Source: Trypanosoma brucei (taxonomy: Eukaryota). From it: 64,000 bases of DNA. The notes below the pieces were generated by a model. It made no database searches and was not told the origin of the DNA. It saw nothing but the letters and a program-made list of their open reading frames with translations. Made by a program: the position numbers and the translations under genes. Shown in pieces: positions 52,376-63,100 of the stretch (positions are counted from its first letter, which is position 1; every line of letters starts with the position of its first letter). The stretch is from positions 2,176,001 through 2,240,000 of the forward strand of contig CM000208.1 in the NCBI GenBank assembly GCA_000002445.1, given 5' to 3'.

Positions 52376-53278
52376 ATGGGGAAAGCACCAGTCAAAGGTG
52401 TGTTTCTGGTGCTGGTGGCGTTAGTGCCCATGTTCCCCGCAGTAGACGCCAAGAAGGAGAAGCCCATGAATGTCCCGTTCCCACAGGATGCTATCGACGA
52501 TGTACGCTGTGATGTGTGTCGCCTCATGGCAAAGCGCGCTTACGGTTATGTGTACGAACTGTTCGTTACAAGTGAACACACTCGGATTCCTGTCAACGAG
52601 GAAAACGTGCTTGTGGCAATCGAGGACATATGCAATCCCTTAGCGGCTTCGGGACAGTGGATTCGGCAAGTCGCCGTAGACACTTCGTCACCGGCTGCCG
52701 CAAAAGGGCCCTTTCACATCACACTTACTGAATTGCCACATCACTCGAAGTGCAAACGCACGTGCAAGACGCTGTCTGACGCTTGTGAGGCTGTTGTCGA
52801 CGACGACGACATGGACCAGTTCTCCTCAAAGCTCCTTATATTGAAGAAGTACAAGGATGCATCTGCTCTCGCCGATGCTACTTGTGGGGTATCGGCTTTC
52901 TGCACCTCACGAACAGGTTTTTCCTCAAAGAGATACAAGGAGTTACTTACGCTGGTCGCATCGGACGTTGTGGAGGTGATTGAACAGAAGGAAATGGATA
53001 TTGAACGATTCATGGATGAAATGGAGCGTAAAGGGAATAGGCGCCAGGAAATCTACTCCCGGGAAGAAGTTATAAAAATGCAGAAAAGCCTAATCGAGGG
53101 GGACATTGAGACTGCAGCAGGTATTGATCCTTCCCTTAATAAGCTCACGGAAGAAGAGCAACTGGCTCTGCAGCAAATGCTAAAGAACAAACCAATGGGT
53201 AAGAAGAGGCCTCCCGAGGACGCAGGTCAAGCTGCCTCTCCAGAGGGTGATTCAGCGGAGGTGAACCCTGATTTGTAG
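52376..53278 (+). CDS. Secretory-pathway protein with signal peptide and paired-cysteine (saposin-like/Canopy-DUF3456-like) pattern
   Basis: ATG start. Hydrophobic N-terminus MGKAPVKGVFLVLVALVPMFPAVDA and a CxxC...C...CxxxC...C...CxxxxxC cysteine spacing, followed by an acidic/coiled C-terminal half. Confidence 0.55.
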   Translation: MGKAPVKGVFLVLVALVPMFPAVDAKKEKPMNVPFPQDAIDDVRCDVCRLMAKRAYGYVYELFVTSEHTRIPVNEENVLVAIEDICNPLAASGQWIRQVAVDTSSPAAAKGPFHITLTELPHHSKCKRTCKTLSDACEAVVDDDDMDQFSSKLLILKKYKDASALADATCGVSAFCTSRTGFSSKRYKELLTLVASDVVEVIEQKEMDIERFMDEMERKGNRRQEIYSREEVIKMQKSLIEGDIETAAGIDPSLNKLTEEEQLALQQMLKNKPMGKKRPPEDAGQAASPEGDSAEVNPDL

Positions 53279-53838
53279 CTGAAGTCCCCAACGTGCGTTG
53301 AAGCGCTACCGCGGACAAAGAGAAGGTACTGGCACACAATGGCTGGTAACCGAGTGCTGTTGTAGTTGGTGGGCTGACGTTTTGGGATTCCATAAAGAGA
53401 GGTTGCGGGATAGCGAGCGGATCGTAGCGTTGGTCTGTACGTTATTCGCCGCGTTGTTACTTTGGATGTGCTTATGTCGCTGTGAGAGTGTTGTAACAAA
53501 CTCGTAAATGTCTTTCGGCACCACCCGTTTCTGGATTAGAAGGCTAGCAGCGCCGTATTCTTGTTATTGTTGTGCCTGTATGCAAGTGTGAATTCCTATT
53601 TTTTTTATTTTTGTAAATTATAAACCCCATCGTGTAGCAAAGACAGAGTAGCAACGGAAAGTGCGCAAATCTGTTCCAAGAAGGGGGAGGGACAGTGGGT
53701 TAAGGCAATAAATCTATTGACCAAGCGCGTGGACACTCAGGTTGCCCGCTCAATTGGCCTTACAAGGCATTTTTTTCCCTTTCGGCGTGAAGCGTTGCGG
53801 TTGTGGGAAAAAAAAAAACACAAAATCGAGCACGGCAT

Positions 53839-55758
53839 ATGACTGCGACTTCCGGCTTTGATTGGTTGTGCGATGCACGACGAGCCTTCTGTGCCTACGG
53901 TGTGGACCTTATTCGGACTGGGTCCATACTTGTACGTACTACACCGTCTGTGACTTATCGAGCATCGGTTTTGTTTCAGCGTTTTCAGGCTGCTGCTGAG
54001 GAAGTTCGTCAAAAACGTGGGGACTACCATAGTGAAGAAGGCTTCCAACGTGGTGCCATCAGCAGAAGCGGGATTGAGGAAACATGTGTCATGGGCATTG
54101 GCTTAGAAACGTGTCGGCAGGCTACGTATACAATTCCTTCTCACGTCGGCACTGAGTGTTCTCCAGGAGTTCTTGTACTTGGTGATCTGTTCGCCCCACT
54201 GGACTATTGCTTGTACCACTTTGAGGATCACGATGACATCGTCTACTTAGCTGCAGCTTGCATTTTAGTAGCAGCGAAAGTCGAAGACCCATCCACACGG
54301 ATTCGCTCTATCGTCAGCGTTTTCATGAGGCTCAACCAACGTCGTCGAAATGAACCAGTTATCGAACTCCTGCAGCCACCACCCGAACGATACGAGAATT
54401 TCAAAACACGCGTGCGTGAGGCTGAAGAGATTGTTCTCCAGACGCTTGGTTTCCAAACGTTCGTTGAGTGCCCGTTCAAATACGCCATTATATTCCTTGG
54501 AATACTCGTTGGGAATGATCCCGTTGACGGAGGGCTGGTAGTTACTGTCGGTGCATCACCGCCCCAACCGCCAGCCGCCGCCGGTGCTGCGAACCCAACC
54601 ACTCCACTTGTAGGTAGTCGTCCATTGCAGGGTAGTGAGGCTTTTAGTTGCCCTTCTGCCAAAAAGTGGCTTGCAGATGCTGTCTGCTGGTTGAATGACA
54701 TCCCTCGTTGGCGTGAACTTTACGCTGAAGAGGCATATGTTCTTGCGGTGTGCGCGCTCTACTGGACACGACCACCTGATGTCAGCGGTCTCCCGGAAGA
54801 GTGGACGGCGGCATTTGGAGTGGAGTCGTTCAAACGGGATTCAGTGCTTAGTGTTTACCGCGAAAACTTGGACGGGGCTTTGGGATCCGAGAAGCATAAA
54901 ATAGAGGTTCTCCTGACCGCACGACACGAGAAACCCGATTACCCAACAATGGGACAACCAGCGCGTGTTGCCAATGCGGAGGATGAAGCCGCAAGCGGGG
55001 GAAAACCACTGCTGCCGCCATCTGACGTTAGCGCTGTAGGAACCGACCCGATGCCAATTCAGGTGAAGCCTACTGAGCCAAATGCGCCGATTTTCATACC
55101 AGATATTGTGGTCGGCACCGCCATCTCCGCCGGTCCTATTATTCCACCACCCTCCCCATCTGTTGTAACACCGCCATCGTTGGCGGTATTGCAGTCGGCC
55201 CTAAGCATCCCAATCACTCTTCCTCCCCAGCAGCCAATAAGCAGCAACACTACCAGTGCTGGTGGTATAAGTTGCAGCGGTCCATTGGGTTTGGAGGAGG
55301 TATTGCCGGGTGGAGGGGAGGAGTACAACAAGAGTTTGCCTCTGGAAGCCGTTGCGCCAGGCATTGCTGAACTTCGCCCCGCCGAGGAGGAGTACCAATT
55401 TGAGGACTTTAAAGAGATGCAGCGTAGGAGACGCCAGAAAGAGGAAGCAGAGCTACGGCAAACAAAGCGGAGGAGAAGCAGTAGTCGACGGCGACGCCAT
55501 CGTTCGGATGAGAAACGAAGGCGTCGGTCTGACAGTCACGACAGACGCCGTTCTGATAGTCGCGAGAGGCGTCGACGCCCACGAGCGCCAAGTCCCCACA
55601 AAAATCGCTCAGGGGACCGCCAGCACCAGCACCAGCACCATCATCGACAACATCCGGCTGCTTCCTCTCAGCGACCAAAGAGTGACCGTAGGGATGACAG
55701 ACACCGCAACGACGACTACAAACGAAATGATGGCAAATCTCAGCGGCGTCGAAGGTAG
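53839..55758 (+). CDS. CYC12: Cyclin L-like transcription/splicing cyclin with C-terminal Arg/Ser (RS) domain; candidate CRK9-partner cyclin (CYC12-like)
   Basis: The track start at 53803 is TTG and the ATG is at 53839. Cyclin-box blocks ASVLFQRFQ and DIVYLAAACILVAAKVEDPSTRIRSIVSVF match cyclin L (TGQVLFHRF..., [28 protein letters not shown]). The C-terminal 120 aa consist of RRRS/RSDS/HQHQHH repeats, an RS domain. Confidence 0.8.
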   Translation: MTATSGFDWLCDARRAFCAYGVDLIRTGSILVRTTPSVTYRASVLFQRFQAAAEEVRQKRGDYHSEEGFQRGAISRSGIEETCVMGIGLETCRQATYTIPSHVGTECSPGVLVLGDLFAPLDYCLYHFEDHDDIVYLAAACILVAAKVEDPSTRIRSIVSVFMRLNQRRRNEPVIELLQPPPERYENFKTRVREAEEIVLQTLGFQTFVECPFKYAIIFLGILVGNDPVDGGLVVTVGASPPQPPAAAGAANPTTPLVGSRPLQGSEAFSCPSAKKWLADAVCWLNDIPRWRELYAEEAYVLAVCALYWTRPPDVSGLPEEWTAAFGVESFKRDSVLSVYRENLDGALGSEKHKIEVLLTARHEKPDYPTMGQPARVANAEDEAASGGKPLLPPSDVSAVGTDPMPIQVKPTEPNAPIFIPDIVVGTAISAGPIIPPPSPSVVTPPSLAVLQSALSIPITLPPQQPISSNTTSAGGISCSGPLGLEEVLPGGGEEYNKSLPLEAVAPGIAELRPAEEEYQFEDFKEMQRRRRQKEEAELRQTKRRRSSSRRRRHRSDEKRRRRSDSHDRRRSDSRERRRRPRAPSPHKNRSGDRQHQHQHHHRQHPAASSQRPKSDRRDDRHRNDDYKRNDGKSQRRRR

Positions 55759-56134
55759 TCAAGAGGAGCATTTTCCTCTCGCTCCCGAATGTTTTGCCTT
55801 CTCCAACACTTGGGGAAGGCACTGGTATGCGGTAGTCGGTATACCGGCGTCTCAGGTTCCTTTTATATTACTTATTTTAAGTAGGCAGCGGTTGTGCCTC
55901 ATTTATTTATTTTACAGCATAACCGTGTCGCAGGTGTGCGCATGATAAACTTTCCAAGAAGTCCGACACCACTGGCCACTCAACACCCTCTATTCACTTC
56001 CACTTATTTGTTTTCAAGGTGAACAGAAACATCGTTGAAAGAAGCAAGGAGGGTGCAGCCGGTGTTGCTTTCAGTGCCTGTGTTGTTGTGTTTGAGTTTG
56101 TGTTGGCGGAGGGCAACTGTATGTGATTTGAAGT

Positions 56135-56680
56135 ATGACGGCGCCTCTTTTCAGTGCGACCGATGTTCCTGCGGTAGTCACTGAACTTGCACTAAAGAGG
56201 TATGCGGAGTACCTTGTGCGGCGTCGCGAAAAACCTGAAGCAGCGGAAGGAATATCAGGCACTACACTTGAGGAAGCTCTGGCACCGCTGTATTTGCTTC
56301 ATGGAAATACATTCACCTCCGCGATTGGAATTGCGATCCATGGGGCAGAGCACATTTTGAGGTGTGTCGTGCGTCAAGCGGCAGATAGCAATGAAGAAGA
56401 GGGGAAGCAACAACAGCATCAGGACAATCAGGACGGTAAATTCTCTACCAACAGATGCGCGTACATGGTGGGTGATCACTGTATTCTGTCTCTTTTCTAC
56501 TGCAGCTGCAGGGCGTACGGTTACTCTTGCATCAAGCGGCAGGAGGCATCGACGTGCAAACATCTACTTGCTTTGCGGATAGCTCTATTACTGGAGGAAA
56601 ATGGGCTTGCGACTGACTGCATACGTGAAAAGAGGATAACCACAGAGCAGTTTCAGGAAATGGTGCAGAGGCTTCTATGA
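56135..56680 (+). CDS. SWIM-type zinc-finger protein (181 aa; SWS1/ZSWIM7-like)
   Basis: ATG start. CxCx(n)CxH arrangement: FYCSCRAYGYSCIKRQEASTCKHLLAL. Confidence 0.6.
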   Translation: MTAPLFSATDVPAVVTELALKRYAEYLVRRREKPEAAEGISGTTLEEALAPLYLLHGNTFTSAIGIAIHGAEHILRCVVRQAADSNEEEGKQQQHQDNQDGKFSTNRCAYMVGDHCILSLFYCSCRAYGYSCIKRQEASTCKHLLALRIALLLEENGLATDCIREKRITTEQFQEMVQRLL

Positions 56681-57193
56681 AAGGTGCATTGCTTGTTTTT
56701 ATATTTGGTGGGGTTTACCACGAGTAATTTGTTACTGGTGGTTGGTCTCGCCTATTCTTCCGTGTTTATTGCTGTGTGTTGAACTTCGGGGACGCTGGAA
56801 AACACTTGCGGAGTTATAATAATAACAATTATTTTCACAAAACACTATTCCCTCACCTACCTTAAATTCCTTTGTCGCCGGCATCTTCCTTCCCTTTTCG
56901 ATACCTCTCGAAAACCCAGAGAGTGAAGATCGCCGAAATCATTATTGGGAGTTGGAGGAAGAGACGAGAGATTGCGGAGACATGATTCCATCAAATTGAT
57001 ATCTCAATAGGTCCAATGCCTTAACAGGCGTGTACCCTCTCTTTCCGCCGTTGTGTTGTTAAGAGGAAGTTGCAAATATCTATCACCGTCTTTACATTCG
57101 ACGGTGTCTCCACCCTTTTTTTAAAAAAAAAACACCGCTTTTTTTTTTTTCAACACTCATGGCGAAAGGTTTTTTATTTTTTTTGTAGCTGCG

Positions 57194-58450
57194 ATGTCAG
57201 CGTCAAGTGATTTGGATGCCACCTCCGATGAGGATGAGAACCACTTTAGGAGAGGTAATGGGAGTCTCGTTTTGCAACTCTCCGTTTTGTGTGACGCCTC
57301 GTTTGATCAGCCGCAACGTCCCTTCGGTGAGTTTTTTTGTAGGCCGTCGATGCCAACAAGGGAAACGTGTACAACAACCCTCCTAGTGAACTTGCTCTGG
57401 TTTGCGCGCAATTACTATAACTTGGTACTACTTGCCTCAATGGGAGTGATTTTATTTGCCCCACCGTTTGCATTGGCGGTCTTGTCGGTAAGCATTACCT
57501 ATATATTGAGGTCGCGAAACGGAAAAAGCGGAGCACCTTGTACTAGTCCCCAAAATGATATGTTACAGAAGAAGAAAAAAGGGAACCATCCTACCGTCAT
57601 GCTTTTTGGATTGATCAGGTTTCTCGTTTTTATTGGGACATGCTACGTGTGTGGGTTTCTCTTTATTACGGTGTGCTTTGTTGGCGTGGTTGCATTGTGC
57701 CTCTTTCATGCAATGTTCACACCGTACACCGATAAGGCCTTCGAGCTATACAGCGACGTTCTATGCTGCCGTCGCCTACCATTGCGTTTGCCGTGTTCTC
57801 CCACGAGGCAGTTCACATGCGTAGATCCTTCATTTGATGCACTGAGTAGGCAAGGCAGCACGGTTATGTCTCCTCGTGGCGGTAGCTGCAGTAAAAGTAG
57901 TAGTCCTTGGATGGGTACCCGCACGCCTGAGGTGTTGCATCACTCCTTTTCATCATCTTCGCGACCTTCACAGGGGGAGGGAATACACAACGGGTGGCCG
58001 CTGTCAGAATCCCGCAGGACAGTTTTAAGTACTCAGCGAGGGGAACGGCTAACGGGACGGCGACAATCACACCTAAGCGAGTGGGGAAGTCGACAGCAGG
58101 TGCGGGGGCGTCACAGGTCACCAGCGGCACTCGATGTTAGTGATTTTCAGAGCGATGTGGAGCCGCATGACAGCTTGGTATGCGCTCATGCGGGTACCGT
58201 AAGGCTGACGCGAGTGAAAGAGAGTATTTCTATTTCACCAATGGAGCAACATCTGGAGCGCAATCTGTCCCGGATGTGTTCGGGCTTCAGTGGGGAAGCA
58301 GTGACGCAGGGGAGTGTGTTGGATTTATGTAACGATGTGTGTAGCGCACTTGAAACCGCGGCGTTAGAGGATGAGGAAGGGGTTTTCGAGCAAACCACTG
58401 CATCCCAACCGATCGCACCACCTACTGAAGCTGCACCGTGCCTGATGTAA
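57194..58450 (+). CDS. PRA1 (prenylated Rab acceptor/Yip3) family protein with ~230-aa Ser/Arg-rich C-terminal extension
   Basis: ATG start. PRA1 core: RPFGEFF...LLVNLLWFARNYYNLVLL, then two hydrophobic hairpins (VILFAPPFALAVLSVSITYIL and LFGLIRFLVFIGTCYVCGFLFITVCFVGVVALCLF). Confidence 0.7.
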   Translation: MSASSDLDATSDEDENHFRRGNGSLVLQLSVLCDASFDQPQRPFGEFFCRPSMPTRETCTTTLLVNLLWFARNYYNLVLLASMGVILFAPPFALAVLSVSITYILRSRNGKSGAPCTSPQNDMLQKKKKGNHPTVMLFGLIRFLVFIGTCYVCGFLFITVCFVGVVALCLFHAMFTPYTDKAFELYSDVLCCRRLPLRLPCSPTRQFTCVDPSFDALSRQGSTVMSPRGGSCSKSSSPWMGTRTPEVLHHSFSSSSRPSQGEGIHNGWPLSESRRTVLSTQRGERLTGRRQSHLSEWGSRQQVRGRHRSPAALDVSDFQSDVEPHDSLVCAHAGTVRLTRVKESISISPMEQHLERNLSRMCSGFSGEAVTQGSVLDLCNDVCSALETAALEDEEGVFEQTTASQPIAPPTEAAPCLM

Positions 58451-59820
58451 TACATCGTCCGGGGCATGAAATGGATTGCGTTTGGACATAGCGTTAGTGA
58501 ATGGCGGAGTGGAAAAGTGTGCAGTTGCATTGACTGGCAATATAACGAAATGGTTTGAATAGGGTGGGACGAAGCGAACCTTTAAGTGGTTCTCGTTGGC
58601 ACGACCATCATATGTCTACCTGATTTATCAGATTTACGCAGCGGTGTCTCCTATAATTTTGGTGCTGGTAACACACACACATATATATATATATACATTT
58701 TTTTTTGTGTGTGTGCGCATTAAAACGTGTATGGAAAAAATACATAGGTATGAGAAGAAGTAGAGTGTGGCGTCGAGTATATAACTAAGCACATCAAAGG
58801 GACAAATGTAGGCGAGGAGAGCGGAGGTGCTGGGAGGGGTTTGAGTGTCTGTTAGTTTCTGTCACTTCGTGTGCGGAAAGGGAAATGTTTTTTTTTTTTT
58901 ACTTCCTCACAGTGGTATAATGAAGGAATCGGTAAAAGGCAAACGCTCCGCACTTCCTTTGCTTTACCTCCGTTCTCTTAATTCTTGTGCAACTGTATTT
59001 GTTGGTTTAATGGTGGCGCTGGTGTCACCCCTTCCCCTCTGTGTCTATTTTACTATAGACGTTTTTATCTATTTTTCTCCCGAATTTTTACTTTATTCCG
59101 CTTGAATTATTATCATTTGTGCGACCCGAACTTCTTTTCCGTTTCTCAAACTATACTCCCTTCAGCGGAGCCGAGAGGAGGTGGAATAGGAGTTAACACC
59201 ATGTCCTTCCCCCTCCCCCCACGAAAAAAAAAACAAACAAACAAAAAAGGGATGGGAGCGTACGCGTGTGATGCGCAACATTGCATTATATGAGTTGTAT
59301 TACCCACTTGCTTGCATGTGTTTGTTCCTTCTTCGTGCTAACCGCGGACTTTTGGTGGTCCCGGCCTCCTCGCAGTCCCCCTAATGTGTGTGTTGTCGGC
59401 GGCATACCCGTTAATGCTTATAATTTTTGACCTTTCTGCTGTGATGCATCAGTTGTTTATTTCATTTGGTCTGGTTTCCGCCCCAACTATGAGTCCGACA
59501 GTCATTTCCCATCTTCGCGAACCAACAGAATGTTTGCTTTGCGCATCAAGTGTTGTGTTACTTCTTCGGGTGACTGTTGGTTTGCATTACTTGTCATTAC
59601 TTTCTTACCTAAATGGGAGTCCAAGATACCAGGGAGATTGCTCGCATTACATTAGAACAAATGCTGTGTTTACTTTGATCGCTGCCATTCCCCTAACGTT
59701 TGTGTTTCTTCCTACTTTTTTTCTTTTCTGAAAGCGACTTGTGACTTGCCTTTCTTCAAGAGCCAAATAAAATTAGAAGTCTACACGGTTGGGAGGGGGG
59801 AAAAGGAACGTATTCGGACC

Positions 59821-59822
<2 letters not shown>

Positions 59823-59864
<42 letters not shown>
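59823..59864. repeat. (CA)21 microsatellite
   Basis: Uninterrupted CA run ~200 bp upstream of the IleRS ORF. Confidence 0.9.
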
Positions 59865-59868
<4 letters not shown>

Positions 59869-59940
59869 AACAGGCGGACATAAATCCGAACGTGCGAGTA
59901 AATAATATATATCAACACATATATCTCTTTCACATTTGCA

Positions 59941-60108
59941 CTTCTTGTGTTCGGTATTTTTCTTTCCTTTCCTCTTTTTTCCTTCTTCTCCTATCATTAT
60001 TATTACCATTGTTGCTGACATTCTTGTACCTGTGGTTCTAACCCTCTCTGTGCTATCGTCTTGTCCAAATGAATCGATGCTACTCCCTCCTTTGTTCCGT
60101 GCTGAACA
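59941..60108 (+). promoter_or_regulatory. Long polypyrimidine, AG-free stretch whose first downstream AG lies inside the IleRS ORF (after ATG 60069): candidate proximal trans-splice acceptor excluding the first AUG
   Basis: No AG dinucleotide could be found between ~59898 and 60107. The first AG is in ...CTGAACAG|CGG at ~60107. Confidence 0.5.
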
Positions 60109-63100
60109 GCGGTAAACGTGCCCAAACGAGTTTCCCGTCGACACGGCGTACCGTAATTCACTCACGTGTGTTGCCAAGCGAATCCATAACGTCTTCCTTT
60201 TCTCCACCGGAAACCACAACAGCATCAAAAGATAAATCTAGAGGGGAGGCAGCGAGTAAAACCACGATGACTGGACCACTACAAAACTTTGGCGATGAAC
60301 TTAACTTCCCAAAAATGGAAGAAGAGGTGCTGAAGCACTGGGAGGATATCGATGCATTCAAAGAATGTCTTAAGCAATCAGAAGGAAAGAAACCGTACAC
60401 ATTTTACGACGGACCGCCATTCGCGACGGGGTTGCCACATTACGGGCACCTCTTGGCTGGCACCATTAAGGATATCGTGTGTCGCTATGCCCATCAAACT
60501 GGCCATCACGTCGACCGCCGGTTTGGCTGGGATTGCCACGGGCTCCCCATTGAGTTTGAAATTGACAAGGAATATGGAATTAAATCTTCGCATGATGTGA
60601 AGAAGATGGGCATCGAAAACTACAACAACGCATGCCGCGCCATCGTGATGCGTTTTTCGGAGGAGTGGCGTAAAACTGTGACACGCATGGGGAGGTGGAT
60701 CGACTTTGACAACGACTACAAAACGATGTATCTCTCGTACATGGAAAGTGTTTGGTGGGTGTTCAAAAGTCTCTGGGATAAGGGTCTCGTGTACAGGGGA
60801 TTTAAGGTGATGCCCTTCTCAACGGCTTGCACCACTCCCCTCAGTAACTTCGAGGCCAACTTGAACTACAAGGACGTCAGTGACCCTTCACTAATGGTTA
60901 CCTTCAGGACTAAAGATGACCCGAACACATTCCTTATAGCTTGGACAACAACACCGTGGACACTTCCAAGCAACCTGGCGCTTTGCGTTCATCCGGATAT
61001 CGACTACGTTAAGGTCCTTGACAGCAAGACAAAACGTCACTACATCTTTGGCGAACCGCGACTTGGGGAGGTTTATCCCAAGAAGAAAGGCGATGGCAAG
61101 AAGGGCACGGAGGCATCCCCGTATACTATTGTCAGTCGTATGAAGGGGAAGGAGCTTGTCGGGACAAAATACGAACCGCTGTTTCCCTACTTTGAGGAGA
61201 AATATGGAGCCACCGCGTACCGTGTGCTGTGTGACGCGTACGTAGCGACGGACTCTGGCACGTGTGTTGTGCACCAGGCCCCCGGGTTTGGTGAGGAAGA
61301 TAATCGCATATGCATCGACAGCGGTGTTATAACGAAGGAGGATATGCTTTGCCCTGTCGATGAAAATGGTTCTTTCACCCCAGATGTGGTGGATTTCCAG
61401 GGTCGTTACGTGAAGGAAGCCGACTCAGACATTATCAAGTACTTGGAGTCAAAGGGACTTGTCCATAGTAAGGGATCCATTGTTCACAGTTACCCATTCT
61501 GCTGGCGCAGCGAAGCACCGCTGATCTATAAGGCGGTTGACACGTGGTTCGTGAAAGTGGAGTCTTTGCGTGAGCAACTTCTTTCTGCGAATGAGGAAAC
61601 GGAGTGGGTACCCGACTTTGTTAAGGTTAGGCGTTTCTCCAACTGGCTTGCCGACGCCAAAGACTGGAACGTTTCCCGTAACCGCTACTGGGGTACTCCC
61701 CTTCCTATTTGGCACAGCGAAGACTGGGAGGAGGTTGTGTGCGTTGGTAGTGTGGCTGAACTGGAAGAACTTTCCGGCACGAAGGGGATCACCGATATTC
61801 ACCGCCATTTCGTTGATCAGTTAACGATCCCAAGTAAGCGCCCGGGTATGCCCCCACTGCGTCGCGTGGAAGTGGTCTTTGATTGCTGGTTCGAGTCGGG
61901 CTCCATGCCCTATGCGCAGATTCACTACCCGTTCGCGGCTAAGGATAGTTTCGTTGGGGAAAAGTTCCCTGCGGATTTTGTGGCAGAAGGTCTCGACCAA
62001 ACACGCGGCTGGTTCTACACGATGCTTGTTCTCGGCGTTGCCCTCTTTGGGCGGGCCCCTTTCAAAAATGTTGTTGTGAACGGACTTATTCTTGCCGAGG
62101 ACGGTAAAAAGATGAGCAAACGACTGAAGAACTACCCCGAGCCTGGAATCATCATAAATACGCACGGTGCAGACGCTCTGCGTATGTACATGATCAATTC
62201 CCCGGTGGTGCGGGCGGAACCATTGCGCTTCAGGGAACAGGGTGTAAAGGGCATTGTCAGAGACGTGATGCTACCTCTGTTTAATGCCGCAAAGTTTTTT
62301 ATTGCGAATGCCAACTACTGCGTGGAGTTGGGTGGAAACGTGGCGACCGATGTTGTGAGCTCCAATGAAATGGACCGCTGGATTTTGGCGTCGACGCAAA
62401 CGCTTCAACAATACGTAAAGCGTGAGATGGAAAAGTACCATCTATACAATGTCGTTCCCGGGGTCCTTCGGTTCGTTGTGGATCTTTCCAATTGGTACGT
62501 TCGTATGAACCGCCGTCGTATGAAAGACACTGTTGACTTGGAGGACCGCTCGAGGGCACTCTCGACAATGTTGAACGTTCTTTTTGCTGTTTCCCGTATT
62601 ATTGCCCCTATTGCTCCGTTTGTTGCAGAAATGTTGTACCTACGCATCAAACCACTGCTTCCACAGGAGCAGCAGCTTAAATCGGTGCACTTTCACATGT
62701 TCCCGGAGGACGACATATCGAAGCATGACGAAGTGTTAGAGCGTGCTATGACTCGTATGGTCACCATTGTCGAGCTTGCTCGTGTTCTTCGAGATCGCAT
62801 GGTTATTCCTATGAAGCGACCGGTGCGTCAAGTTGTCGTTGTTCATCCTGACGAGGCGTACCTTGATGACGTTCGGAAAGTGGTTACGTACATCAAGGAG
62901 GAGGTGAGTGCCTTTGAGGTTGTTCTTTCCTCCAGTGATGAATACGTCACAACCCAACTGGATGCGAGCATGGAAAACTTGGGTAAACTCTACCGCAACG
63001 AGGCACCACAAATCCGCAAGGCGATTCAGGCATTGGGACCAGCAGCGGTTACTGAGTTTCTCAAAACTGGCGAAGTGGAGGTGCTCGGCAAGAAGATATC

